Of a stretch of 64,000 nt of DNA, positions 24,540 through 37,900 are shown piece after piece. Numbering within the stretch: position 1 is the first letter of the stretch; each line of letters opens with the position of its first letter. Position numbers and translations under genes: made by a program. The notes under the pieces were generated by a model. It was not told the origin of the DNA. It was given only the letters and a program-made list of their open reading frames with translations, and searched no databases. The DNA comes from Ascidiella aspersa (Eukaryota). The stretch is from contig OZ004609.1 in the NCBI GenBank assembly GCA_963924565.1, positions 32,674,001 through 32,738,000 of the forward strand, given 5' to 3'.

Positions 24540-27500
24540 TTATTTTTCGGTCTTTTGCGTCTTAAAAAATTTCAGGTCCGGGTCGGGCAGGTAGATCACG
24601 TGTTCGCGGACAGGGGGGGTTGTGACGTCATCCCAGCAGCTGCGCGCGCAGGTGTACACGAGAACGGTGCCGAATTCGACGCAATCTGAACAAGGGACAT
24701 AACACCGGTTGAAACTTAATGAAGGCAAAAAGAAAATTTGAGATTAATGCTTTAAGGGTTTTTTGACGATTTTGTTGTTCTTGTATTATAATTGTAAAAA
24801 TATTGGAGAAAAGTGACAATTTAACTCCTGCGTTTGTCCAGCTTTAGTGTTGGCGTTTACACTAATTTGGTATTTTATAATTTTTTGCTACGTCACACTA
24901 AAATCATACCAGGGTCAACGATTGTTATACCCGGACGGAAAATGTCAAAACAAGAGTAATGGCATTTGAACATCTATTTAAAACAAGAAGGAAAATTTAA
25001 CCAAAGGAATTCTGAAGACAAATTTGGCATTTCTGTTAGGGATGGAAGATTACTCTTGTAACTTAGCTCAGTCAATTACTGCATAATTGCCTCCCTAAAA
25101 CGTCGTACCAATTAGGAAACCATTGTTACTGTATATATTTCACTACAAAATGTTGCTTTTTACAACCATAAATTTGTTAAATATCAGAAAAGAAAAAATA
25201 TAAAATGTTCTGTGTGTAATATTTTTGCATCACGAATTTAAATCACTTATTGCGAGCACTTTCCTTTACAGCAGGGGTGGCGGACATATTGGCCCCGTCT
25301 ATTAAATGCGACCCGCGTCAAAATGTAGTTAACACAGCATAAACAAAAAGTTTATGAACCAAAATATCCTTTAGTCAAAGGTATAATTGTTGGTTTTTAT
25401 TTAACCCATTCTATTTTTAACATAAAAAATGACGCAACATCTGCTAAAAAAAGCCTTACAGTCAATACTGCTACATTGGCGACCTGTAACAAAATCATGC
25501 TTTCTGCCCCCCAAAAAAGCGAAATGCTGACACGAAAATTTCTGACAGACAGTCGGCCGATGCGAAAAACGCATTACGTCAGCTGTATTTGCGCTATACA
25601 ATAGCGCAGCTGATACTAGGCGCGGGCCAGTAATAAAAACAACGAAGCGGATAGGGCGTGTGAATAATTGATAACCTCTCGGTTTTTGGGGCGTGCAAAG
25701 ATAGGGAATAAGGCCAGGCATCAGCTGGAACTCGAAGCAGGAGGTCGAGTTGCATCGATCGCAGAAGGGACTCTTCCAGTGGGGTTCGGCGTCCGATAAA
25801 AGTAGGGGACTTCCACCGTGGCTGTATCTAACCACAAAAAATCGATACAATTTTTTGAGCTTTTAAAATTAAAAAAAACTACCGTTTCATTAAAGTGACG
25901 AGCTGTATTGTTTTTCGGTTTATTTTAACGTAAAATGAAATTGAGGAAAGGGTTAAAGCACAAAATGCTGGCCATCAATATGAGTCCGACAAACTTTAGA
26001 ACGGTCTATTATTTTTTTAAGCCAAACGCAAGTCGCCTTTAGAAAAGTTATCCGAATTTTAGGTGTCGATCACTAAAGTTCGGTTCGTTTATTTCATATT
26101 AGGAGATGGGCGCCAGTATAAAGATTTTCACATAAGTGGGGTAAATTTAAACCATTTTAGGCTTAACCTTCAACTTTAACCGAAATACTGCTATATGAAT
26201 GGCGTTAAGATTTTGATCCTCACTTAGCAATTGAAAAACAAAATGGATCAACTTATTCATTGATATGAGACGCTTTTCTTCTATGTTAAAAACGTCGGAT
26301 TTCCACTGAACAACAAATTCGAATTTCAGATTGGGTACTGCACTCGCTGCGCGCCCTACATAAAAGAAAGTATGAGCAGAACTTTGTTATGTACATCAAA
26401 AAATTACAGAAGACCGCTATAAATTTATTTTTACTCTAACTGTTTTTTAAAACCGACATCTATGGGGCGCGTCGCTGGGCTAAAAATTTCAAGGTAATTG
26501 TTCGCATAGACTTTACCTTATGATTTGGTTTTGACAGAGATTGACCTTCTTCATGAACTTTCGCGAAACGACATCTTTGGCGTCCACTTTCTCGTAGGGT
26601 TCGCTCGACGCGACTTTCAACTCGGCCGAAAAGTTTCCGTCAGCCTTTTAAAACATTTACAAAAATCATTAAAAGCTGACGTGGCCATACGGACAATTTT
26701 ATAGCTAGCAACTGTAGTATTTTATAAAAATAAAATTTTATAAGAAAACATGTTTTTAGTCATAGAATCCATCAAAACCCTAAAATGATGTTGATAAACC
26801 GGTTTTGGACATTTTTTCTTAAACCATTTTTATAGGATTTCAAACCGAACCGGAACAGAACCGAATATTTTGAAAGAAACTAGTCCTTTTTACTTGTAAC
26901 ATAGATTAGTTAAGGGCTAAATACTTTTTTATTCTTTTACATTTGATAGCCCCCAGGTTTAAGCTTGCCAAACGAGATTAATGTAAGCTATAGGTTACTT
27001 TTATTTAACAAAAACGGGAATTTATGAAGCAGTTTTGAAATAACTATGGTTGAACCAGACCAGTAACTTTAAATTAGCCTACTCTAAACATGAATTTTAA
27101 CTCTAAACTAACAAAATCAATCCTAATCAAATATGTTTCTACACTTTTGAGTCGACTGTAATGTATAATCATTTCAAAAACACGAAGCATAAACGTTAAA
27201 TACCCAAATAACGGTTTGCAATTAAAAAAAATAATTTTTTTCAAACTTTTTCGCATTTTGCGTACTGAAAATAATTTAGTACTCACATTTAAATTGCCTT
27301 CGGAGGCGTCGTATTTCTCAATCAAGGTCTTTATGTGAACATCGTTGTCAGAAGCTGGAGTAAAAAATTCTGCTTCATCACAGACGTTCACGTAATAAGG
27401 CTGGAAGTAACTTTCGGAATTTTTGTCTTGATAAAGCACCTCTGTTTGAGGCGGCGTTTGTTGATTTACAGAAAGTTGCTGGAAACTTTCGGCCAGTTGT

Positions 27501-30219
27501 GCTTTCTCTGCACTGGTGCTTAGATTCTACATAAAAGTCATCGTAGAGAAATCTATATAGTTTAGATTTAGACCTAAAACAGAAAATATAGAATAAACTA
27601 TGTAGATTTCTCTCTTTTTCACGTTTTTAATTTTCTTTGTCAAAAACTTCTACCAAACTCAGAAAATGTCCTGGAATTGTACGAAAATAAATTGGAATAG
27701 AACCAAAAAAAGCTTTAAAAAAGCATGACTTGGACCAGAGATATTTTGCAAATGACTTGACAGGAACTATTTTAAAATGACCAGAACTATGTTTTCTGCT
27801 TTATTTAGGATGACAAAACTTTTAATCCAAATTCTCACCGAAGTTCCAGGTTCTTCATCAGTTGTGTCTCCCCAATCATCAGCATCGTCACAATTCCAAT
27901 CAAACTGGCTCTAAGGCAAAAATTTTGCAAAATAAAAATCTACAACCGAGTGGTAAAACAGTGATTCTCAACCTTTTTTGACTTGCGGAACCCTACAGAA
28001 ATTATAAATAGTTCGCGGCACCGTTGCTTGTATTTTTACCAAGTGGTTAACTCTAACATTACATTGGACAAGATTGAAACAGCTTGAAAAAAACTTCTTA
28101 ATTTTTTAGACCTTTATCGTACACAAAAAATGGAATCCTTAAGAATTTAAAATATCTCTCGGCACCCTTGAGCATTAAAATAGCACCATGATTGAGAACC
28201 ACTGTGTTAAAACATGAGATACCACAAATATTCAATTGAGCGAGGACAAAAAAGTTTACAGCATATAGCGTCAGGAAGAATTTTTTCTAATTGCTATAAG
28301 TCAGCAGAAACTATATTTGCATGCAAGTTATTGGCTGCTAGATAAGATTACGATTTGATGGGACTTTAACTTATGATATAAGCAACCAAGGAGTTATTAG
28401 TTACACTTTGGCAATGGAAAGTGGTATAACATAAAGTGCTGCTGTTTTTTTTTACATCCTGTATCGAATCTAAACTTAATTTAACTGGCATCTTGTTTTT
28501 AGAGTTTCCACTGCCTGATCAAGTCGCAGCAGGTACTTGACAAAAAAATTAAATGACATAACATGAACAAAAGTTGAATAACAACCTTGGAAACATTTGG
28601 TACTTCTGCTGTTTTCAAACTTGCGAGGTTGTGACTCTCTTGCATCTGCATTCTGAGGGCAGTCCATCTAAAGCAAAACAATTTCCTTTAAAGTTTGTTT
28701 AAGTTAAACAAACCAAAATGCAAAACGACAGTCGAAAATTAGTGTATTGTAATCTGTGGATAATTATTATAAAGTTGTAACTTGATAAAATGTTTCATTT
28801 TTAATTGACATATATTTTTCACTTTTGAACCATGACCCACTTGTTAAAACAAGATTGACAGAATTAAGCAAGAGATTACTACACTTGAGATAAGGAACCT
28901 TCAAAATAAACCTGTCATGCATAATTTAAAAGCCTCAAGCACAAGATTCATTGACCATATGGTACGCATGACTCAATTAAAATTGGTTTTGAGTCGGAAA
29001 GTCATACTATGCAGCACAAAGGGAGTGTTGTATATGAGAAAAAGAAAAAAACCTTTTATTTTCCATTTTTACAAACCAACAGCCCTTTTCTTTTAAGTCA
29101 CTAATTTTCTACAAACTTGTAATAACACCGATAATTTGCAATCATTGGTGTCTCTTTTTTCAAAAAAGTAGTGCAACCTCAAGAGTTACTTTTTAATGCA
29201 TTACAGACAAAAATTCAAAATCAAACCTTTTTTGGCACACATGAACCTACATTATAAAAACGTCGGAAAAAAAAATCTGTAGGCTTGTTGTTGTGTAAAC
29301 AATCATTAAAATTGTCATTCACTAAAAAAACTTGTGTTTTTTTAAAATACATTCTTAAACAACAATGTGTAACTCTCAAGATCATTTTATCACCAACTCA
29401 AAGATTAACCACAACAAGAATTAGAGGTACTATTTAGCACAGGGGTTTCCAAACTCCTCTTAAAGGGTTGGATAACTGTAAGGCCTGACCATAGCGGGCC
29501 AAATAAAGAAAATCGGCAAACTTTGTTAACTTAATTTTTGTTATATAAAGAAATTATAAATAACAATGCAATAACAACTTTAGCGGGCCTTAATAAATTG
29601 TCCTAGAGTTTAAAATTTCATCAAAATTTAGTTTTTTTTTCAACTGCACTTTCTTTATTAAGGAAATATGCCGCTGGCCAGATTAATTGACCTGGCAGGC
29701 CGTAGTTTAGTGACTCCTAATTTAGCATACCCCTAGTAAAAAAGCACACAACATCCAACCCATTACTGGTGGTCCAGCAGTCTTTGTTGCGACAGCAGAA
29801 AACATAAATTGTTCTGTGAAACGTTGATGCTTCCAAAGGACAGTACACCTGGATCACCAAAGACTGATCTGCACCGCAATTTGAGCAAGCCGGCTGATAT
29901 AACTTTACCATGACATCCTAAATACAAAATTAAATTTTAATAAAGGATTAGTTATGCATCTGTCTTAAAAGTGTTGTCTTTAAATTTGAAAAAAGCGGTT
30001 TTAAAAGTATTGTATTCATTTATTTTTCTTGTAGATTTTGAACACTAAAGATGCTTAAGAAAAAAGTTTTAAGTAATATAAATTATTTGGTTTTAGGACT
30101 AAGTTTAGCAACTTAAAACGTACAGGTTTTCCACCAATTTTATTAGTTGACCACTCCGCGAATGGTGATGTCATCTTTTCATCAGGAACTCCGATTAGGA
30201 CTGTATGCAAGTCAGACAT
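24540..30219 (-). CDS. PDCD2L: Programmed cell death protein 2-like (PDCD2L/TSR4 family), 8 exons
   Basis: Exons with GT-AG junctions and consistent phase: 30219-30124, 29917-29760, 28667-28586, 27910-27839, 27526-27287, 26644-26517, 25827-25676, 24685-24540. Motifs: NKIGGKPD, CxxC..QVYCPL..FHRTIYVFCC..C, DDWGD, YEK, QIIRY..GGSPL, CxxC..FEFQLMP, EFGTVLVYTCxxSCW. No MYND finger is seen. Confidence 0.92.
27959..28204. mobile_element. hAT-type MITE in a PDCD2L intron
   Basis: TIRs CAGTGATTCTCAACC / GATTGAGAACCACTG. TSD TGGTAAAA / TGTTAAAA. Confidence 0.85.
29440..29719. mobile_element. Degenerate hAT-type MITE
   Basis: CAGGGGTTTCCAAACT ... AGTTTAGTGACTCCT, flanked on both sides by ATTTAGCA, with internal GCGGGCC motifs. 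Confidence 0.6.
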
Positions 30220-31103
30220 CCTGTTACTAATTGCACCTAACACAAATGTAAACCAACTAAGAATGTGTATTCGGAATGGAAAAGTAAACGACAGAGACAA
30301 ACATGACTGGAATAATGTAACAGCGACTGGTGAACCACAATATTAGGCAAGCTATTTAGCACTGGGCAATAACAACATGCAACATGCAATCCACAGAATA
30401 AGCAGTCAGGCTTTTTAGTATTGATAAATGAAAAAAAAAAGGGAAGGTAAAAATGAAGAGGCAGTGAGACACAGAATAAGCTGTTATTGCATTAATTTCA
30501 ACAGTGTGGGCTTAAGACAACCTTGTTATATTTGGATATTATGATTTCACAGTAGGTATTAACAAGCGGAAAAAAATGGAAATATTATTCACATAAAGTT
30601 ACGATTGGCTTTTTTTAAATACCAGGCTTTCACAGTATAGGATAAGTATTATAACATGTTGAGAATTTTGAACTATAAATCACACAACTACAATGACATT
30701 TATAACCAACAGAAGCAATGCTATAGTCTAATTTAGGTACAGTGTAGTTTTGGGACAAAACTTTGCTTTGTGGTATGAAGAAAAAAAGCAGACAAAACAA
30801 TTAAGACTAAAGCTACCACAAAAATTGGATGCTACAGTGCTAAAACAAAGTTCAACAAACATTTTTAGAGTAATTTTTTAGTAAATTTGATACAAGAAAT
30901 TTCACCGATATATGCAAACATACATTTTTATATCAAAATCAATGTTTTTATGGTCCGAATGGGATATATTTTATATCAAAACCATTGTTTTTATTGGCTG
31001 AATGGTGGCAAGTAAAAAGCAGATATGTTGTCAAAACAAAAATCGGTCATTCCAAGAGACACCAGCAGTTTTACGAGCTGAGAGACGAGGAGTGATTTCA
31101 GGT

Positions 31104-31739
31104 TCAAGCGCACTCAACGGGGTCTGGGTTGTTGTCGCTCTCCTCCATCTTTTTCTGGCGCACCTGCTGCGCGTGGTTCTCCTTGTCCTGTTGCTTCTCG
31201 CGCACCTCCTTGAGCTTGCTGAGTCGCCGCTGCTCCGACTCGCTGAGCTTCTGCTGTAGGCTGACGTCGAGGTTCGAGCACATGTCATCGATTTCGCGCC
31301 TCACCTTCTCACGCATCTCGTCTGGCTTCATGTTCTGCTCGTGGAACTTCTTGATCTTGGCTTCGAGGTGGGCGATCTGGTTGTTCTGGTGCTGACACAT
31401 CTTCTTGGCCAGCTGTTCCTGTGCCCACTTGCTGAACAGGACATCTGCTTCTACCTTTTTCTGCTTCACCTTTAGGATTTTCTCCTCCTCGGCACGCAAG
31501 GTGTTGCGCAGCGCCTCCTGCTGGGCTTTTCTGCGTTCTTCAGCCGCAGTTAGCTTGTCTTTAATCTTTTCAATAGAAATCTCCTTCTTGGGGGTGATGG
31601 CCTTCAGCGGACTGGAAATGCCGTCGCCACTTTGACCGGGAACTTTGAGAATGACCTCAAACGCTTCGCCCGACTTCCGCTTGTCGATGGCCTTCACTTC
31701 CATTTCCTTAAGCTCGGTGATTCTTTGTTCGCTTGCCAT
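31104..31739 (-). CDS. Stathmin-family (tubulin-sequestering) protein, intronless CDS, 211 aa
   Basis: MEVKAIDKRKSGEAFEVILK, an SP/TP-containing segment (SSPLKAITPKK) and SIEKIKDKLTAAEERRK match the stathmin domain. A long coiled coil follows, ending EKQQDKENHAQQVRQKK. Confidence 0.88.
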   Translation of the reverse strand: MASEQRITELKEMEVKAIDKRKSGEAFEVILKVPGQSGDGISSPLKAITPKKEISIEKIKDKLTAAEERRKAQQEALRNTLRAEEEKILKVKQKKVEADVLFSKWAQEQLAKKMCQHQNNQIAHLEAKIKKFHEQNMKPDEMREKVRREIDDMCSNLDVSLQQKLSESEQRRLSKLKEVREKQQDKENHAQQVRQKKMEESDNNPDPVECA

Positions 31740-31988
31740 CGCAACTGAGAGGTTTCAACGCAAAGTTGGTAAGATTTGTAAATTTAAAACAAACAAGTAA
31801 ACTGCAAATTTAAAGAGGAGAATTTAGAAACTTAAACTAAAGCAAAACCAATCAGCTAGATCAGGATTAAGTTGCAAGCAAGGTACGAAAAAGCTGAGCT
31901 ACGCAGGCAACTACCAAAGTTTAATGCACATCAGATGTTTGCAAAAAAATCAAACTTTTTCCACAATTTAGGCGGGCAAACGGATAAC

Positions 31989-32174
31989 ACTAATTTACGG
32001 AATGATGAATGGTCGGAACGCTCACAGTATTATTATTAAATATAATAACATTTGACCTTTACCCAAACGCTAACCCCCACCCTTACCCAAATATTGTGCG
32101 TTGGTTAAATAATTGTTTTAACGGGGTAACACTTTTAGTGAGCGTTCCGACCATTCATCATTCCGTAAATTAGT
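31989..32174. mobile_element. Foldback MITE with perfect 37-bp TIRs
   Basis: ACTAATTTACGGAATGATGAATGGTCGGAACGCTCAC (31989-32025) and its exact reverse complement (32138-32174). Confidence 0.85.
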
Positions 32175-32305
32175 ATTACCCGGGCAAACTGCAAATTACT
32201 TTATTAGTAGTGCACACTAAATGCTTATGCTTAAAGTCTCGGTTGAGAAAACAAAATCTCAGGTTAGGCACTTGCCACCAAGTTATTAAATTATTGCACA
32301 GGAGT

Positions 32306-32559
32306 GTACTTGGCGCTCTTTCACTTATGTACGTGAAAAAAAGACAAAACAAAATAATACCGCATACCACAACGCATATTGTTTGGGTGAGGGTGGGTCA
32401 AGTAACTTTATGTTTAATATTAATAATAACTTGACCCACCTTCAACCAAACGCTAACCCGCACCCTAACCCAAACAATATGCGTTGTGGTATGCGGCATT
32501 TGAAGAAAGTTTTTTTTTTATTAATTTTCACGTACATAAGTGAAAGAGCGCCGTGTACA
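32306..32559. mobile_element. Foldback element with nested inverted repeats and CCCTAA-like motifs
   Basis: ggcgctctttcacttatgtacgtgaaaa / ttttcacgtacataagtgaaagagcgcc, and ccgcataccacaacgcatattgtttgggt with its reverse complement. Confidence 0.8.
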
Positions 32560-33078
32560 TGCAGCTTAAAATTGCGCGGCGGTGATAAATTTACAGTTAA
32601 AATTTACTCGGATGTAAATGGATTAGTTATCGAAAAACACAACAGCGTCAGTTTTACGTTTTCTTGACATTTTGCAGGATTTATCCCCCGCGCAGGTGAA
32701 ACCTTCAATATACAAGCCACAGAATATGCAACAACCACAAAATTTCAGAAAAGGAGTGCGCAACATCCCAAATCACCACACCATACTGATTTGCCCGCTT
32801 AAAACCCAGCGATTAAACACACAGATAAAATTGGCCAACACAACAATGCAATCGACCTATAATAATCTTTCTGGCAAACATGACCAACAAAGCAGCTAAC
32901 TGTCAAGGAAAAATATCTTAGCCAAGTCGTTTGGAAAAACCGCGAAAAAGAACCGCGTGACATTTATTTACTCAAGCAGTAAACCGTACTAAATTTATCC
33001 TACCAAGCACAGTCTTCGCTTTCTTAATGTTGATGTTAGGATCATGGCCATAATTAAAATGTGTTACCTTGTTTTGCC

Positions 33079-33597
33079 CAGGGAGTCGAACCAGAACCGA
33101 ACCGGAACTTTATGAACCGGTTTTGGGTCAATTTTTTCCGAACCGTAACCGAACCTGAACCGTTTTTTATAAGATTTAAAGGAGCCGAACCGGAACTGAA
33201 CCGAATAAATTAAAAGAACATGAACCTTAACCGAACCCAAAGAGATTAATCTTCGCTCCTGCATAACGTCACAACTTCTATTTTACAGAGTCAAGTTACG
33301 CCATGTTCGAAATTTTATGAAAAAAATATGAATATTGATTAAAAAAATCGTTCATTTTTTATTGTTTAGATATTTCAATATTGAGTTGCTGTTTTTTTTT
33401 AATAAGTCACGTAACTTAGATTAAATGACTTACAATTCAAAGATTATTCTCTACATTTATCGACCACATTTTGAGATTTAACGCAAATTGTATTGTATCT
33501 GAACCGGAACTTTTAAATTCCTCCGAACCGGATTCCGAAAAAATCCTTGAACCTGAACCGAACCTGAACCGGAAAAATCAAACGGTTCGACTCCCTG
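33079..33597. mobile_element. hAT-type MITE with GAACCG subterminal repeats
   Basis: TIRs CAGGGAGTCGAACC / GGTTCGACTCCCTG. 8-bp TSD GTTTTGCC / GTTTTGTC. Confidence 0.9.
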
Positions 33598-34992
33598 GTT
33601 TTGTCTTTACACTGTGCACAATTTTTAAGATTTTTGCCCAATCGGCGCTACCTGCCTGACTATAAGTTAATACAGTTTTTCAGTAAACCATATTCTTACG
33701 ATCATTTCAGTCCTTTTTAAGTCACTCTATTAAACGACAAACTTTCTGTGTTTGTTTGTCTGCTACTCCTCCAAATGTGTCACCCAATAATATTGTAGGT
33801 GCTGCAGTAACTATGAGATACGAATGTTTTGTACAGTTAAACACATGGTACAACTTGTTCAGTTAAATATATTTAATTTTAATAGGCGATCACTTTTTTA
33901 TGTCAAACAGTAGTAAATAGTGATACCCAAAAGAATAATCCTCGAATCTTGAGCGGCTGAGATTTCACCCTAAATATAAACTACCGTGAACTTGAAGCAA
34001 TAAAAATTTTGTTGGATATTTTATTTCCGGAAAACCAAACCGCACACGCCAATCGTAGAAATAACAATTGATTAGTGAAATGTAGTACAACTATAGGCTA
34101 AGTGCACATAATTCCGTTGAAAAAAAATCCCAGATCGGAATGAATAAAATTTATAAAAAAAAAATTAAGCTCGTTTAAACTGTCAGGTTTACAGTGGATT
34201 TAAAGAATAAAAATCTGAAATATGTACATCTGAAACGGTAAAAGATAATAGAAATCACAATCTGAAAATTTCATAGGCAGACTCTGAAGGATATAATTTC
34301 ATACTTTCGGGATATTACAAAATAAGTCACAAAAAGATTCGAAAAAAATACTAATATTTTAACGGGATTTAAAAAAATAAACTAATCTGAAATATGTGCA
34401 TTTACAAACTTTCGATACGTGATAAAATGGTTCACACAGAAAGATTTAGGGAACACGCAGTTTTAAAATCTGAAATATGTACATTTTAATTTCCAATAAG
34501 CGCTTTCCAAAGCCACCGGAAAATAGGAAAATTACAAATCCTTGCCCACAGGTTACACACAAAAAGCAAACGACAAAAAATAAACTAACTCTACTGAAAT
34601 ACACAAGCTAAAACACAACACACGTGTATAAGGTTGCCACGTAATTGATGAAATAATTCATTTAAAGGGATTTTTAAAGAAAATGTATGGGTTTTTTAAG
34701 ATTTAAAATTAGACGTTTCGCTCGACGTTTTTTTAATGTAATTTTTTTAAGAACAAAACAGTGTAAAACCCATAGTCAACACATTAACAAATACTTCAAT
34801 TTTGTTTTAGTACGACACTTTCAAGAAAAACCGAAAAGATAAAGTAAAGAGATTGAAATAAAGTGAAATTCAAAGTTCAAATACTACTTAAAGACCATAA
34901 AAGACTGTTATTAAAGACGCAAAGCAAAGACTTTGTCACAACACTGTAATACACAACGACGCGCCCAACTGAAGAGTCGTCGTCCAGTCCTT

Positions 34993-37900
34993 CTACTTTG
35001 TGTCGCAGAGGATCGCCACTCCTCGGAGCGTCCAGTGCTCCGGAGGTTGCACGGATCGGAGGAGGAGCGGAAAGATGTAGGTGAGATCGGTGCGTTGCGG
35101 TTTCTTGTACACAGGACACTGGAAGATGTTAATGGACTGCTTCTTGTCCTCCTTGATCGGAGTAGCCGTGTTAATCGCGTACACGTGGACCACAGGCATC
35201 GCGGTGAAGAGGACCTTTGGATGCGACTCGAAGAGCTTCACGTTCCTCCTGTCCCAACCGGCACCATCCAGGAAAAGCCCGTACACGTACACGCCACCTA
35301 CCGGACAAGTGTTTTTTCTTAAAGGGCCGAAAATCGTTTTTTATGTCAGTTGTGTAGGCTTAAATGAAAACGTTCTTAATTTTAAAAAACATAAATGTTT
35401 AATGATTAAAATATTGTAAATAATTTTAAAAGTTAAACATTTTTGTTTTTTTGTCAATCACTGGAAACGTTAATAATTTTAAAAACTGGTCTTCTTGTAC
35501 ACAAGTTATTCTATAATGACTCGATTCCCAGTTAAGGGAAAATATAATTCACTGAAGACCCAGTTTAAGTGATTGGCAAAAACAAAATGTTTAACTAATA
35601 AAATTTCTAAACTATTGTGGACCTGAGCATAAATATTTTGTTAAAGGGAAAAAAAATTGTTTAAAACGTAAGTTTAGAGTCAATTGTTTTATATTTAAAG
35701 TCAGTCTTCATGGACGCCTCAAAACCAAAATGACGCAATAAATAATTGATAATTAAGTGGAGCGCTTTTGAATTGGACATGTAACTGAATATAATCTTCC
35801 GTGGTTTTGACAATAGGCCATAATATGGCTAAGTGACATTTCCAGTAATGTACCAACCCATTGATTTAAAGTTGATATACAATAAAAGGTGCCATGCTTT
35901 GTAAGTACAACCTTATTTCCGTTTCACGGCTGGCCCCTCATAGACGTTTCATCACACATTTTCAGCCTTTTTTTTCTTATTAGCATTTCGTCACTCACCG
36001 ATTTCTGCCGGTGGAGGGCCCACCACGTCTTCCTTCATCATCTTTGTGACGTCATTATAGAGCACGACGCCGTCGAGAGCCCACCCCTTGGCCGTGTGGG
36101 CTCTGGTCACCTCTTGTCTCATGGCTGTCAGAAAACCCTTTAAAGCGAAGAGAAAATATTCGTTTAAAGTTTAATTGACCGGGATTCAAATGTTAACTGA
36201 TATAGTTTCAAACATTGAATTATGTGTTATCATCTTTGGAGCATAATGGTTGGAGGTTGGGACAAGATGTAGTAAGAATATCAAAGCTCGTACAAAATTA
36301 GTTGTCATTTCGAAAGTTTCGAATATCTCTCATATATCAACATTTCATATATGTTGAAAATGAATAAAGAGATATTTGAAACATTCAAAATCCTCCTACT
36401 TCTGATGGGCTTTGATATTCTTACTGGTGTTTAAGTGTTCTAATGTGTAGCAAGGGACACAAAATGGCGCCCGAATTAACATCAGCAACTCACCTGTGGG
36501 TTGAAGAATCCGGTCATCCAGAACTGGTTGGGGCGACCGTCGAAGATCCAGGAGTGGAACTGGATGTGGCGTTCCAGCAACTCTGTGAACCAGAAGCCGA
36601 GAGTGGAAGACTCCCAGGAAATCTACGAGAAAACGAACGGTTTGGTTTATAGGTATACAATATACATTTATACAGTTTGTAAATCCACTGGCGCCAATTC
36701 CTATGGTTAAAAGATTTTTTTTAAACTGAAGCCTATGCCGAAAAAAAATGTCGTTTTAACTAATTGCTCTCATTATAATTGGTAAGTATCTATTAAAAAA
36801 CAATTCCGAGTACTTTTTACTAACCGTCCCTTGATATACCAAAAAAACAAACGAGACACTAGAATATAAAATCAGTACAAGCACTGTATTTTTGCCCGCC
36901 AAATATTTATCCACAAAAATGACAAACATATTTATCAGTAAACATGGAAAACAAAATCAGGAAATCTACAATACGGCTACCCCCAGGTCTATGTTACGTG
37001 TAACATACACCGGTCAAAAAAAAGAAGAAAAAACAACAATTGTACAATAATATTTCGCCTGCCGTAAGTTCCTCTTTGCCACAATACAACAATCCATATT
37101 ATGCGACTATAGTCAACAGATTTGAAAGGTTTTATGCGGAATTAAATTAACGCCAAATTATTATCCTGCATCTTTATATAAATTAAGTTTGCGACAGAAA
37201 ATTATCTACATACTCTAATATCTGCGGCTAGCGCTTGGGGTAAGATTTATTATTCATTTATGTATTCCTTGAAACCGAGTGAAATAGTCAGCGACAGCGA
37301 AACACCTCTTGGTGGTAAAAGGTCGAAAACAACTGCGTTAAAGGCACCAAAATGAACAATAAATGTGAAGTAAATAAGACGTATACCTTGTGCCATAGTT
37401 TGGGGATCCTAGCGTCGTACATCTGGTCGAGGGCGTCCTTGAGGTTCTCACTCATGATAATGGTTCCGTCGATTGCCAGTTTCAGGTCTACCAGGGTGGT
37501 CCGGACAACTGAGATGACGCGCTGCATCCGATCAAGCTCCTGACGCAGGAAGATGTTCATCGGCTGGATGGCGCCCATCTTCTGCAGCCTGGCTCGGACC
37601 TGGAAGCAGGATAAAGATAAGGTGTTGTTTTGTGGCATTCGCATAAAGTATTACGGTTGCTACTGGATTTTACAACGGGTTGCCTACTATACCCATTGAT
37701 ACATGACTGATCGAGTTATAAATATACACGAATTACACATGTGTATATTAATCAATGAAAAATACACACACAACAACTGTGATCCAGCCTTTTGGAAGCT
37801 GCTTCTAGAGTCTAGACTCTAGACCAGTGTTTTTCAACCTTTTTGCTGGAGTGGAAACCTATGGAAACATTCCACTGGCTCGAGGAACCCCAGTGTAATA

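Noticed and set aside
35550-35585. CTGAAGA followed by a hairpin (CCAGTT/GATTGG)
   Set aside because: Followed by CAAAA rather than GAAA, with no cleavage triplet or stem I.
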